Part shown: positions 28,524 to 41,300 of the stretch, in pieces
How the letters are laid out: every line of letters starts with the position of its first letter
How positions within the stretch are numbered: position 1 is the stretch's first letter
NCBI GenBank assembly: GCA_011364905.1
Contig: RDNZ01000017.1
Coordinates: 1-53,238, forward strand
Length of the DNA: 53,238 nt
Reading direction: 5' to 3'
DNA from: Candidatus Thorarchaeota archaeon
GTDB taxonomy: Archaea; Asgardarchaeota; Thorarchaeia; Thorarchaeales; Thorarchaeaceae
Translations under genes and position numbers: made by a program
Notes under the pieces: model-generated
Databases searched by the model: none
Seen by the model: only the letters and a program-made list of their open reading frames with translations
What the model was told of the DNA's origin: nothing

Positions 28524-31500
28524 TCAGTCAGGAATGGTGAAGTAAAAGGTCGACCCTTCATTCACTTTACTTTCAGCCCACACCTTACCACCATGACGAT
28601 TTATAATACGTTGCACGGTTGCTAAGCCGATACCAGACCCTTCGAATTCTTCGGTTTCATGTAATCGTTGGAAGGGAACAAAGAGCTTATCAGAATACTC
28701 CATGTTAAAGCCTGCACCATTGTCTTTAACAAAGATTATTCTCTCTCCCTCTCGTTCTTGACTGCCAAACTCGATTTGTGCCTCAGGAACCTTACTTGTG
28801 AACTTCCACGCATTGTCTAAGAGGTTTTGCAGAACCAGTTTGATTAGTCGCGGGTCACACCTAATCTGTACATCTTCCGGGATTTTGACAGTGACTTTTC
28901 GGTCGGAGTCAACCTCGCGCAAGTCATCAATAATATCACGGACCATCTTAGAGAGGTCAACTTCCGTTCTAATCATCTCAGTCCGAGTCACTCGTGTAAG
29001 CCCAAGAATGTCTTCAATCAACGAGCCCATATGAGTAGCTGCAGATCGAACTCGGCGCAGGAAATCTTGACCCGTTTCATCAAGAACATCGGAATAGTCT
29101 TCAAGCAGAGCCTGGCTAAAGCCATCGATGGTACGAAGAGGGGCTCTTAGATCATGGGACACCGAATACGAGAATGCTTCAAGCTCCTTGTTTGCAGCAG
29201 CCAATTCTGCGGTCCTCTCTTCAACCCGACGCGAAAGCTCTGCGTTAAGCTTCTGAATCTCACGGTCTTTTTGAATCCGTTCGGTGATATCTGTTATGAC
29301 TGCCACTGTCCCATCAACCAACCCATCATCATCTCGGGAAGGAACAGCCGAAACCCTGACAGTTCTATGCATTCCATCCTTTCGAACAAACTGATGTGTG
29401 TATGCTGAGCTCTTGCCGCTCCGTCTTACTTCAGTCTGTTCTAGAATTGTTGGTACGTTGGTTTCTGCGACTATCTCGAGGATGTTTTTTCCGACAAGCT
29501 CGCTTTGGGAGTAGCCCAACATATCAGCAAAGGCATCATTCACAAACAGAATGAGTTCATCTAAGTCCACTATCGCCATTCCCTCGTCTATATTCGTGAG
29601 GAGTTCTCGGTACCGTCTTTCGCTGATTTGTAGAGCCTTCTCTGCTTTCTTTCGCTCAAGAACAGATCCCAACATACTCACAATTGTGGAAAAGATCTCT
29701 AAATCCCCCTCAGAATAATCTCGTGGCGTATAGGTTGCGAGACTTAGGACTCCAAGGAGCTGCTGGTCATCATCAAGAATAGGATAGGCAATCGCGGATG
29801 ATGCACCAATTTCCACCAATCGGTGAAGAAATGGACTCTCTGGGGCCGCTTTGGCAACATCAGGAATGAAAATCGGTGTCTTGGAAAGCGCTGTTTTCAC
29901 AATGATGTACTCATTTCCAAGCTCGGAGGTTAAAGGAAGCTCTTCATGGATGTCTTTAATATCAACACCAAGAAGAGCAGAAAACCGAAGAGCATTCTTC
30001 TTCTCATCATAAAGCCGAAATGTGCCAAAATCGAATTCAAGTGAATTGATAATACCTTTCAGGAGCTCACGCGTCAACTCTCGAGTATCCTTTGCTTGAA
30101 TTGCACCCTCAGCAATAGTACGAAACACTTTCCGATCACGAAGAAGCTCCTTCTCAGCTTCAAGTCGTTTTGTAATGTCAATCACAGTTACTTGTGCAGC
30201 TGGCGTATCGCCATATTCAATTGCTCCCGCTGAAAAATCCACCCAAATCTCTGACCCATCCCTGTGAATCATCCTGACCTGCAAAGGTTCGCCTGGTTCG
30301 GTTTCTTCTATGCGTCTGTTTAGATAGTCATCAATTCGACCAACATCATCGGGGTGTACTAAAGCACTCACTTGCTCACGATTCATATGAATTAGCTCTT
30401 CCTGAGAGTAGCCAAGAATATTGCTCATCTTTGGATTGGCAAACGCAATGCTCTCAAAACCTAGAGGAACGATTGCTATGCCCATCAATGATTGATCAAC
30501 AACGCTACGGTATTTTATCTCCGACTCTCGTAACGCATGAGCAGACTCAGTGGCTTCAGTGATATCCCAATAGATCCCAATAATACCTACAATGTTACCT
30601 TCATCATCACGAACAGGAGCTTTGACGGTATGTGCAAAACGCGGTTCGTCCACACGCATGTATGGTTCATCCACTTCGAAGGTTTCTAAGGTGTCAAGAA
30701 CCTGCTGATCTGATGACCTGTATGAGTCAGCGAGCTCCTTCGGATAGAAATCATAATCAGTCTTACCTATGATATCACCAACGTCTTTTCCCAAGTCGCT
30801 GGCAAATGCAGGATTAGCAGCGATGTATATGCTGTTCCTGTTTTTATAGAACACTCTTTGTGGAAGGTTTTCAAGCAAGTTTCGGTATTTCTCTTCACTC
30901 TGTTCCAGTGCTTTTTCAATCACTTTTCGTTCAGTTATATCGAGTAAGGTACCTATTGCTCGCTTCGTTCCGCCCTCTGAGTTCCGTTCAACCACCTTGC
31001 CTCTTTCAAGAACCCACTTCCATCCGCCAGCTTTTGTGCGCATCCTGTGCTCAGAGGAATAAAGGGGAGTTATACCATCAACATGAGATCTCCATCTCTC
31101 CTTCGCGAGCTGAAGGTCATCAGGGTGAACAAGGTTTTCCCAACTAGCGTATTTTGGTACAATATCTTCCAACCTGTAACCAAGCATTCCTACATATCTA
31201 TCTGAGAAGATCATCTCTCCAGATTCTCGAGTCCAATCCCAGACCCCCAAGTCTGCACCTCTCAACGCAAGTTCGTAGCGATCACGACTCTCTTGTAATG
31301 CCTTTAGCGCCGTGACTCGTTCAGTAATATCGTAACCGGCAATCACTGCGCCTATGGTCTTTCCGTTATCTTGAATGGGGCCAATTCTCAGAATATGCCA
31401 TGTAGTGGGTCTTCCCTCCACGGATTCAGAGATTTCAATCTCCTGATTTATTCCTCGCTTCATTGCAGTCTCAAGCTTCTGCCGAAACTCCTCTCTGTAT

Positions 31501-32006
31501 TGAACACCAACTCCATCGACGACAGGGGTTCCAATGAATTCGTTCGCAGATTCACTAAAAGCTGGGTTTACATAGATCATATTGAGATCGGTATCAACTA
31601 CGACCATCTTCAGATAGGCACTTGAAACAATGTTCTTGAAAGCAGGTTGGTGGTCATCCTTGTCGTCTATCACAACTAGGAAGCCCTTAGACTGACCACC
31701 TTCAGCGAGGCCAATAATCCGCACTTGTCTACTCCGGTACTCACCATCATGGTTTATGAAAGCCAGACTCAAGGATTGGCCTTTCTCCTTGGCAAGTTGT
31801 AGAGGCAATGTCCCTTTGTCCTCGTCGGCAACCAAGTCATCAAGGTGGCGATTGAGTAACTCGCCAGCTGAGTATTGGAGGAAGTCTGCAAAAGCTTGGT
31901 TTGAGTGGACAATCACCCCAGAATTATCAATTATCACAAGGCCCTCATCTAAGAGGTCATAGAGTCTGTTTACCTGAAGAGTGCTTGTCCATGGAAGTTC
32001 TGACAT
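28524..32006 (-). CDS. cytoplasmic multi-PAS/GAF sensor histidine kinase
   Basis: About six PAS/PAC units (DITERK ends), one GAF, H-box YSVSHDLRAPLR, NLLDNAWKFT, DNGAGF and GSGIGLA. Confidence 0.95.
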   Translation of the reverse strand: MSELPWTSTLQVNRLYDLLDEGLVIIDNSGVIVHSNQAFADFLQYSAGELLNRHLDDLVADEDKGTLPLQLAKEKGQSLSLAFINHDGEYRSRQVRIIGLAEGGQSKGFLVVIDDKDDHQPAFKNIVSSAYLKMVVVDTDLNMIYVNPAFSESANEFIGTPVVDGVGVQYREEFRQKLETAMKRGINQEIEISESVEGRPTTWHILRIGPIQDNGKTIGAVIAGYDITERVTALKALQESRDRYELALRGADLGVWDWTRESGEMIFSDRYVGMLGYRLEDIVPKYASWENLVHPDDLQLAKERWRSHVDGITPLYSSEHRMRTKAGGWKWVLERGKVVERNSEGGTKRAIGTLLDITERKVIEKALEQSEEKYRNLLENLPQRVFYKNRNSIYIAANPAFASDLGKDVGDIIGKTDYDFYPKELADSYRSSDQQVLDTLETFEVDEPYMRVDEPRFAHTVKAPVRDDEGNIVGIIGIYWDITEATESAHALRESEIKYRSVVDQSLMGIAIVPLGFESIAFANPKMSNILGYSQEELIHMNREQVSALVHPDDVGRIDDYLNRRIEETEPGEPLQVRMIHRDGSEIWVDFSAGAIEYGDTPAAQVTVIDITKRLEAEKELLRDRKVFRTIAEGAIQAKDTRELTRELLKGIINSLEFDFGTFRLYDEKKNALRFSALLGVDIKDIHEELPLTSELGNEYIIVKTALSKTPIFIPDVAKAAPESPFLHRLVEIGASSAIAYPILDDDQQLLGVLSLATYTPRDYSEGDLEIFSTIVSMLGSVLERKKAEKALQISERRYRELLTNIDEGMAIVDLDELILFVNDAFADMLGYSQSELVGKNILEIVAETNVPTILEQTEVRRSGKSSAYTHQFVRKDGMHRTVRVSAVPSRDDDGLVDGTVAVITDITERIQKDREIQKLNAELSRRVEERTAELAAANKELEAFSYSVSHDLRAPLRTIDGFSQALLEDYSDVLDETGQDFLRRVRSAATHMGSLIEDILGLTRVTRTEMIRTEVDLSKMVRDIIDDLREVDSDRKVTVKIPEDVQIRCDPRLIKLVLQNLLDNAWKFTSKVPEAQIEFGSQEREGERIIFVKDNGAGFNMEYSDKLFVPFQRLHETEEFEGSGIGLATVQRIINRHGGKVWAESKVNEGSTFYFTIPD

Positions 32007-32316
32007 ATGCTGTCACTACCCTTTTTCTTTGAAGCGCTTAGGTCCCTCTAGGCACTTACTAGAATACTCCGGCGTGGTTCGATGCCCTTTATTATTTTTC
32101 TAGTAAGGACCAGATATAATTGAGCAAAAACTCCCAAATTCAATGAGGGTTTCAATGACGGAATGGGAAGCGTCAAACCTTAATAGTAGGCATTCCTGTC
32201 ATTGAGTTGCGATATCTTTGATACGCACTGGGGTTGGATTATGCTTCCGGGCGAGTCTAGGCATAGTCGCATATAGTACTGTAAAGTAGGTACAGGACAT
32301 TGAGAGGTGGAGTTTA

Positions 32317-35300
32317 GTGACCGACGTCACATCATTTGCCAGAAGTGTCAGAATTGAAAAGAGCAAAGCATCGGCACTACTTCTTCTAGCTCTTCTCACT
32401 CTTCCATCGCTCATTGCTAGTGCGGCTCCAATAAACGACAATGCAACTCTAGGAACGTCAGAACTGATTCAAGAGTTACAACCAGCTCCCGATGAGTCGA
32501 TTGACAAAGAGGCAGTGATCGAACAAGCTCAATCGTTTATGAGAAGCCAGTTTACTGAGAATAAAGGACAGGTAGGAAATGACGAGGTCATGTTCTACGG
32601 AAATATACCAAATGGCATGATTGGTTTTGGTATCAGTAGGGTCTTCGTCTGGCTCGAAGGTTCAGATAGAAGCATGATTTTCGATTTCGTTGATTCCAAT
32701 CAAGTCGTTCCTAGTGGTGGTTGTGTAACATTTTCAAGATCGAATTACTTCCTTGGAGACCGTGGCACCTACACTGATATCAATTCCTTTACTGAAATTT
32801 GGTATCCCAATTTATGGTCTGGAATTGACCTTGTATATAGAGCTACACCTAATGGTGCAAAATATGAATATCATGTGGCTCCGGGAGCAGACCCTCAGAA
32901 CATAGCAGTAGATGTTCAGAATTATGATGAGTTACTTGTTTCAGACACATCCCTAATTGTCAAGACATCTGGTCTACCTTTCTTTGATAATGGTCTCATA
33001 GCTTTTCAAGACATGACTGAAGTAAAGGTAGGATTTGACCAGATTGGTTCATCAACATTTGGTTTCAGTATAGAGTCTTATGACAATAGCAAGTCCCTCA
33101 TAATTGACCCGCTCATTTACTCTACATATGTTGGTGGTGACTCTGAGGAGAACCCCCAAGATGTAGCCATTGATTCCACAGGCGCTGCATATGTTACCGG
33201 AAGTACACACTCTGAAGGCTTTCCAATGGTGAATCCGTTTGACGGAACATTTAGTGGTCCCTCTGGGGGTTCAGATATTTTTGTCTACAAATTGAATGCA
33301 GCTGGTAACGGGTTAATCTATTCCACCTACGTTGCTGGTAATGAATGGGAAACCGGGTGGGGAATTGAGGTTGATAGTTCAGGCTACGCATATGTTGCTG
33401 GCTTCACAAGGAGTGATGATTTTCCAACAGTCAATGCCTATGATAGCACATACGATTTTGGAATGGATTGTGTTGTTTTCAAACTAAATCAGACAGGAAA
33501 TGGATTGGAGTTTTCGACATATGTTGGCGGCAGTTGGTACTATGATGAAGCATATGATTTAGCTATTGACGCAACTGGAAATTCCTATGTGACGGGGTAT
33601 ACTCAATCAACTAATTTCCCAAGGGTGAATGCGTATGATAGCTCTCACAATGGAGGAGATGACTGTTTCATCTTCAAGTTGTCATCCACCGGTAGTACGA
33701 TGATATACTCAACTTTCTTTGGTGGATCAGGAGATGACAGAGGACGCTCGATAGATATTGATCAGTTTGGTAATGCCTATGTAACAGGTCAAACGACTTC
33801 ATCTGATTTACCTATAATCAACGGGATTGATGACACATATAGTGGTTCGACTGATTGTTTTGTGTTGAAGCTAAGTTCTGCAGGTAATGTTGTTGATTAT
33901 TCATCATATTTGGGCGGGACAGGTATTGACGAAGGATATGGGATTAGAGTTAAAGATGTCAATCAGACCTATATCACCGGAGGTACTACATCTGTTGATT
34001 TCCCTGCAACTGGTGGGTATGACTCGTCACATAATGGAGATCGAGATATTTTCCTGACATATCTCAATATTGCAGACAACACGATGCCCTACTCCACGTA
34101 TATCGGTGGGACCGGATATGAACGAGCAGATGCCCTCCACATAGATGACTATGGATCCGTCTATCTCGTAGGATTCACCTTATCCTCCGATTTCCCAATG
34201 ATTAATTCTTACGATGATACCTACGACGGAAACTCAGATGCCTTCGTTTTGAAGGTGAATAGTGCTGGAACAAGTATTCTCTATTCGACCTTCTTTGGTG
34301 GAGCTGATTATGACTATGGACGAGGGATTGCAGTAGACTCTGATGGATATGCATATGTCGTCGTAGACACTAATGGTGGGGTCCCTATTGTATCAGCGTA
34401 TGATGCAACCTATAACGGAGGAAGTGATCCTTGTTCTTTCAAGCTTGCAGATTTGGGAGATAGTGATTCTGACCTTTTGATAGACTATCTTGAAGTCATG
34501 AACGGAACTGACAGGTATAATCCAGACTCCGACTTCGATAAGGTGAAAGACGGACATGAGGTCATCCTCTATGGCACTGATCCTCTCAACGCGTCTGAGC
34601 CAACCTGGGCAAGTACAGTAGGTTACTCGACCTTAGTTGGAGGGTCAAGTGAGGACATCCCCACGGATATCACAGTGGATCACCTTGGAAACGTGTATGT
34701 GGTGGGTATAACACACTCAACTGATTTCCCCATGTACATGAGCTTTAATGATACCTATGCTGGGGCTTGGTATGACGCTTTTGTGTTCAAACTGTCTCCC
34801 GATGGGAGTAATCTAATCTTCTCAACATTCATTGGTGGTTCAGGCGAGGACTATGGACTTGCGATTGAAGTTGATGTACTTCAGAATGTCTATGTGACTG
34901 GTGTGACAGAATCATCTGATTTCCCAATTTTCAATGCGCTCTTTGACTCATACACCGATACTGACTGCTTTGTCCTCAAACTGAATCCATCAGGGGACAC
35001 ATTGATTTTCTCAACCTTTGTCGCAGGAGGAAATACAGATGAACCATGGGACATTTTTGTTGATTCCTCCTACAATGTATATGTTTCAGGAACTACTTAC
35101 TCTACTGACTTCCCGACGGTAAATGCCTATGATTCTGTATATGATGGCATTGGCTCTGAGTGTTTCGTATTCAAACTGAATAGCACTGGCAACGGTCTTT
35201 TTTACTCGACGTACTTTGGTGGAAATAGCACTGAAGAGGTTGGTGTACTTGCAGTAGACGAGTCCGGTTCTGTTTACCTTACAGGTATGACTGAATCAAA

Positions 35301-38300
35301 GGACCTCCCTTTGAAGAATCCTTTTGACAGCATCAATGAAGACCATGACCTCTTTCTCTGTAAACTCAACTCAACTGGAAATGGTCTGGAATTCTCGACC
35401 TACTTAGGTGGTAGTGGTTACGAGATCGTATGTAGCATTCAGTTAGATTCAGCTGGAGATATCTACATTTGCGGATCAGCTATGGCATCTGAATTTCCAT
35501 ATACCACCATGATTGGTAGTAGTGCCGACTCTGACGATATCTTCGTAATGAAGTTCAACTCGACTGGTAATGGATTGATTTTCTCAACAATCGTTGCAGG
35601 AACTGATTGGGATGAGCCTCTCAGTATGGAAATCGATTCCACTGGTGCTGCCTACGTAGCAAGTCCAACAGACTCCATCGATCTTCCTGTAGTGAATACA
35701 GATCTCTCGCCTCCCGGGAGTTATGATTCGTATGTCATGAAACTAAGCCCAGATGGCACTCACCTCGAGTTCTCTAGCTACATTGGAGGTTCAGGTATAG
35801 ACACTGATCCATACCTTGCTTTAGACTCATTTGGTAGGGTTTATGTCACTAGCTTAACAACATCCTCAGACATCCCCTTCGTCAATGAGTATGATGACAC
35901 ACCTAACGGTGGTGATGATGTCTTTGTCATTCGTCTTGACTGGTCCATCGATAGTGACTCAGATGGATTGCCTGATTTCTGGGAGGATGAGTTCGGTCTC
36001 AACTCATCAGACGCCAGCGATGCGTTAGAGAACTGGGATGCTGACGGCCTCACAAACATTGAGGAGTATCAGAACAGTTGTGATCCGACTGATGATGACA
36101 CAGACAATGACACACTTTCTGACAGTGATGAGGTCTATGTGTACGGAACCAATCCTACCAACAATGACACAGATTATGACCTCATGCCTGACAACTGGGA
36201 AATTCTAAATTCGTTGAATCCTCTTCTTGATGATTCAAGTGGTGATTTAGATGCTGACCAAATTTCAAACATTGTAGAGTATCAAATTGGGAGTGACCCT
36301 GATGACAGTGACACAGACAATGACCTGATGCCTGATGGTTGGGAGTATCAGAACAGTCTTGATGTCTTGGTTAATGATGCGGATGATGATGCAGACACTG
36401 ATGATGCCACCAATCTTCTTGAGTTCAACGCAGGGACAGATCCTAATGATCCTGACAGTGATGATGATCTTCTAACTGATGGACAAGAACTCAATACCTA
36501 TTCTACAGACCCACTAGATCCAGATTCAGACAATGACAACTTGACAGACTTCCAAGAGATCATCACTTATGGTACGAACCCATTAGTTGTAGACTCGGAT
36601 CTCGATAATCTGAGTGATGGTGACGAAGTCCTACTGTATTCAACCAATCCACTGGATGTAACTGATCCTGGTTGGAACGAAGCATTGACATACTCATCGT
36701 ATTTTGGAGGTAGTTCATCCGACAATGCTTGGGACATCGCTTTAGACTCTGCAGGTAACATCTATGTCGTGGGTTCTACCTACTCTTCAAACCTGCCATT
36801 AATGAACCAGTATGACGGAACCTTAGCAGGTACAACCGACTGCTTTGTTATGAAGATGGATCCCACAGGTTCTACTCTACTCTTCTCAACCTATATCGGC
36901 GGCGGCTCGTCTGAGAATGGGCGAGTAATCGAGGTAGACGAGTCTGGTAACGTATTTGTTTGTGGAGACACACAAAGTAGTGACTTTCCCACTGTTAGCG
37001 CATACCAGTCCTCTCATGCAGGTAGCTATGATCTTTTTGTTCTCAAACTTCACAGTTCTGGCAGTAGTTTGATTTACTCCACATATCTCGGAGGTAGTGA
37101 GCATGAACTTGAACCAGGAATGTGTATTGACAACGATGGTAACGCCTACATTGTTGGTAGAACTGGTTCATCTGACTTTCCGGTTTTCAATGGATATGAC
37201 ATGACCCACGATTCAATGTCTGATGGATTCCTCACAAAAATAAACGCCACGGGCAATGGTGTTTACTTCAGCACATTTGTTGGAACAAATGGAGATGATT
37301 TTGCTTCTGCAGTAGCAATTGATAGTGGTAGGAATATCTACGTTGCCGGTAGGACATCATCATATGTTGGATTCTCCACATCTGGGGCTTATGACGAAAT
37401 ACACAACGGTGGATATGATGCCTATGTCCTGAGAGTTGATTCTACAGGTTCTACTCTCGAATACTGCACTTACTTAGGTGGCGGACTGGGCGTTGGTTCT
37501 GGCACAGTTGAATATTATGAGTTTGCTGAGGACATCGCAGTCGACCTGAATGGTTCAGTATATGTTACGGGTTTTGCCAGGTCATACAACTTCCCGGTAG
37601 TCAATGGATTTCCCAAGCCTGAAAGTGGTGGCGATGATTGTTTTGTAGCTAAATTCAACCCGGACCTTAGTAGTCTCCTTTACTCTACATTCCTTGGCGG
37701 TCAAAGTGATGATCAGGGCTACTCAATCTTTGTTGATTCATTGGGTAATGCTTACGTGACCGGTTATACAGACTCACCCGAATTCCCAGTTAAGATTCCG
37801 TACGATGGTATTTTTGGAGGGTCATCGGACATCTTCGTTTCAAAGATTAATGCAACTGGGAACGGGCTTCACTTCTCTACTTTCATTGGTGGAAGTGATA
37901 CAGACAGAGCCTATGGGATTGCACTTAATGCAACTGGTTTTATCCACATTGCAGGCTATACCTACTCAACTGACTTTCCAAAGCTCAATCCATATGATGG
38001 TACTTATAGTCAAACTGAGTGCGCTATTGTCATTCTCGCTGACTTCAGCGATTCAGACTCAGATGGGCTCAGTGACTACAATGAAAGCCTCATTGGCACA
38101 GACCGTCTGAGTTGGGATAGTGACTCTGATTCGTTAAGTGATAAAGACGAATTGGATGTTTACCTGACTGATCCATTGAGTAATGACACTGACCTCGACC
38201 TGATGCCTGATGGCTGGGAGGTCGGACTCGGTCTAGATCCAAACTCAGATGACTCGATGGGAGATCTAGACACTGACGGTTTAGAGAACGTGTACGAGTT

Positions 38301-41300
38301 CCTATATGGTACATTGGCTGACAATAATGACACAGACTCTGATACACTACTCGACGGTTTGGAGGTCTACACCTATGGTACTGACCCACTCAGTGTTGAC
38401 ACAGACTCTGACATGTTGTTAGACCCAGACGAGATTTTCGTGTATGGAACTGATCCAACGACACCGTACAGTGATTCAGACATAATGCCCGATGGCTGGG
38501 AGATTCAACATGGACTCAATCCACTGGCTGATGACTCAGGTGGAGACCCTGACACAGACCTCTTGGTGAATGAAGATGAGTATATTTGGGGCACAGACCC
38601 TCAAAATCCGGATACAGATCTGGATTCATTCACCGATGGGTATGAAGTCCATACTCTTGGTTCGGACCCATTGGATCCACTCTCGCCTCTTAGTTCGAAA
38701 GAGCCAGAGTTTTCCACGTTCATTGGGGGAAGTAGTGATGACACCTTCTATGATGCCATTGTAGACTCTGAAGGCAACATCTACATCACTGGATACGTCA
38801 AATCATCCAATTTCCCGATTGTCGGAGCATATGACGGAACCTACAATGGAAACTGGGACACTGTCGTTGTTAAGTTGAACTCCACTGGAAATGGAGTAGT
38901 ATTCTCAACCTATATAGGCGGCTCCAACGATGAACGAGGTCTCGAGTTCTACATTGGCACGGACTTCTCGGTGTGGTTTACCGGATATACTGCGTCCTCG
39001 AACTTTCCAACGGTGAATGCCTACGATAGCACCTACAATGGAGGGTGGGACGGATTCATAGTTCATCTGAGTGCCAATGGCTCATCGCTCCTCTACTCGA
39101 CATTCATTGGAGGTAGTGGTGATGACCTGGCAGAGTTCATCACATTTGATGATGACGGGTATCTCTATCTATCAGGTTTCACGCGCTCCTCGAATTTCCC
39201 CGTGGTTAATGGTTATGATACCACATTCAATGGGGACCGTGATGCATTTGCCCTGAAGATGCAGCCAGATCTTCACGGCTTTGTCTTTTCGACATTCCTT
39301 GGTGGGTCTGGGTATGACTATACCTATGGTTCCCGAATTGCTGCAAATGGTGACTTCCTCATTGCTGGGGTCACTACATCGACTAACTTCCCCATGCTCA
39401 ATTCATTCGACTCAACCTACAACGGTGGTGACGACATATTCGTCACAAGGTTGAATGCCGCAGGTAACGCCCTCATTTTTTCAACCTACATCGGAGGTTC
39501 AGGAGAGGAATATTTCGGAAAATTCGATCTTGATCAACAAGAGAATCTCCTAATGGGAGGTTCAACAATGTCTTCGGACTTTCCGACTCGTAACGCCTAT
39601 GATTCCACGTTCAACGGGGGAAGAGACGCATTTGCCCTTAAGCTAGCCAGCAATGGTAGTGCTTTGTACTTCTCGACATACATCGGCGGAAGTGGAAGCG
39701 ATACAGTATATGGGGTCCAGGTTGACAGATGGAACAACATCCACCTCTCTGGTGTAACCACCTCCACTGACCTTCCGGTAAAGAACGCGTTCCAGAATGA
39801 GTCACAGGGCATGGATGACACCTTTGTGTTCAAGATAAATAGCACAGGGAACGGCCTGCTCTACTCGACATACCTAGGCGGTTCTGCTGATGATGGGCAA
39901 CGTGGTATGGCAATTGATAAGCTTGGTCGTGTCTATATAGTCGGATGGACGCAGTCTTCAGACCATCCAGTTGTAAACGCCTACGATGATACAATTAACA
40001 GCGTGTCTGATGGATTCATCACATGCTTCCGGCCCTTGGATGATGAAGACTCTGATGGTATACCAGACGATATCGAAATCTTGCTTGGCACAAACCGGTT
40101 TTCAAATGACTCTGATTCAGACTCGATGATTGATGGATGGGAATACTTCCACGGGCTTGATCCGCTTGTCAACGATTCATATCTCGACCTTGATTCTGAT
40201 TCACTGTTGAACATAGAGGAGTACGCTCTAGGCACGTTTCCAGAAACCAATGACACAGATTCGGATATGATGCCAGACGCCTATGAAGTGTTCTATGGTC
40301 TGAATCCATGGGTGAATGATGCTTCTACCAGCCTCGACAATGACTCGTTGTCAAACTTATTGGAATATCAACTTGGTACCTTGCCGAATTATTGGGACTC
40401 TGACTACGACCTGATGCCTGATGATTTCGAGTACTGGTATGGACTTGATCCTCTAGTGGATGATGCTGATGGTGATTTAGACTCAGACACTTTGACCAAT
40501 CTAGAGGAGTTCTATATTGGAACATTTCCGAATAACATTGACTCTGATTACGACCTGATGCCAGACGGATGGGAGGTTGATAATGGCCTACTCCCATGGT
40601 TTGATGATGGCGGGGATGATCACGATGGTGACGATTTGACTAATTATGAGGAGTTCGTCCTAGGTACAGACCCACAAGATAGCGACTCCGACTCCGATTT
40701 GATGCCAGATGGGTGGGAGTACTCCTATGGTCTCGATCCGTTGGTGAATGATGCAGGACTTGATGGTGATTCCGATGGCCTGTCAAACCTCGGTGAATAC
40801 AATGCACAAACTGACCCGACTAATTCTGATTCCGACTCTGACCTCATGCCAGATGGTTGGGAGGTCTCCAATGGTCTTAATCCGATAGCTGATGACGCGA
40901 GTAATGATCCAGATTCAGACACCTTAACGAACCTTGAAGAATATCTCAATGGAACTGATCCCCTCAGCTCAGATAGCGATTCTGACACAATGCCTGATGG
41001 ATGGGAGCTTGACAATGGTCTAAATCCTCTACTCGATGATGGTGATGCGGATGCAGATTCTGACGAACTATCAAATGCCCTGGAGTATGAGTACGGAACA
41101 GATCCTCAGGTTGCTGATAGTGACTCTGACAATTTGATTGATGGTCAAGAGATTACCTATGGCACCGACCCCCTCATCGACGATACGGATATCGATATGC
41201 TACTTGATGGAGACGAAGTCCATCAATACGGAACCGACCCAACATTGTACGACACGGACCATGATACATTATCGGATGGTGAAGAAGTATTGATTTATGG

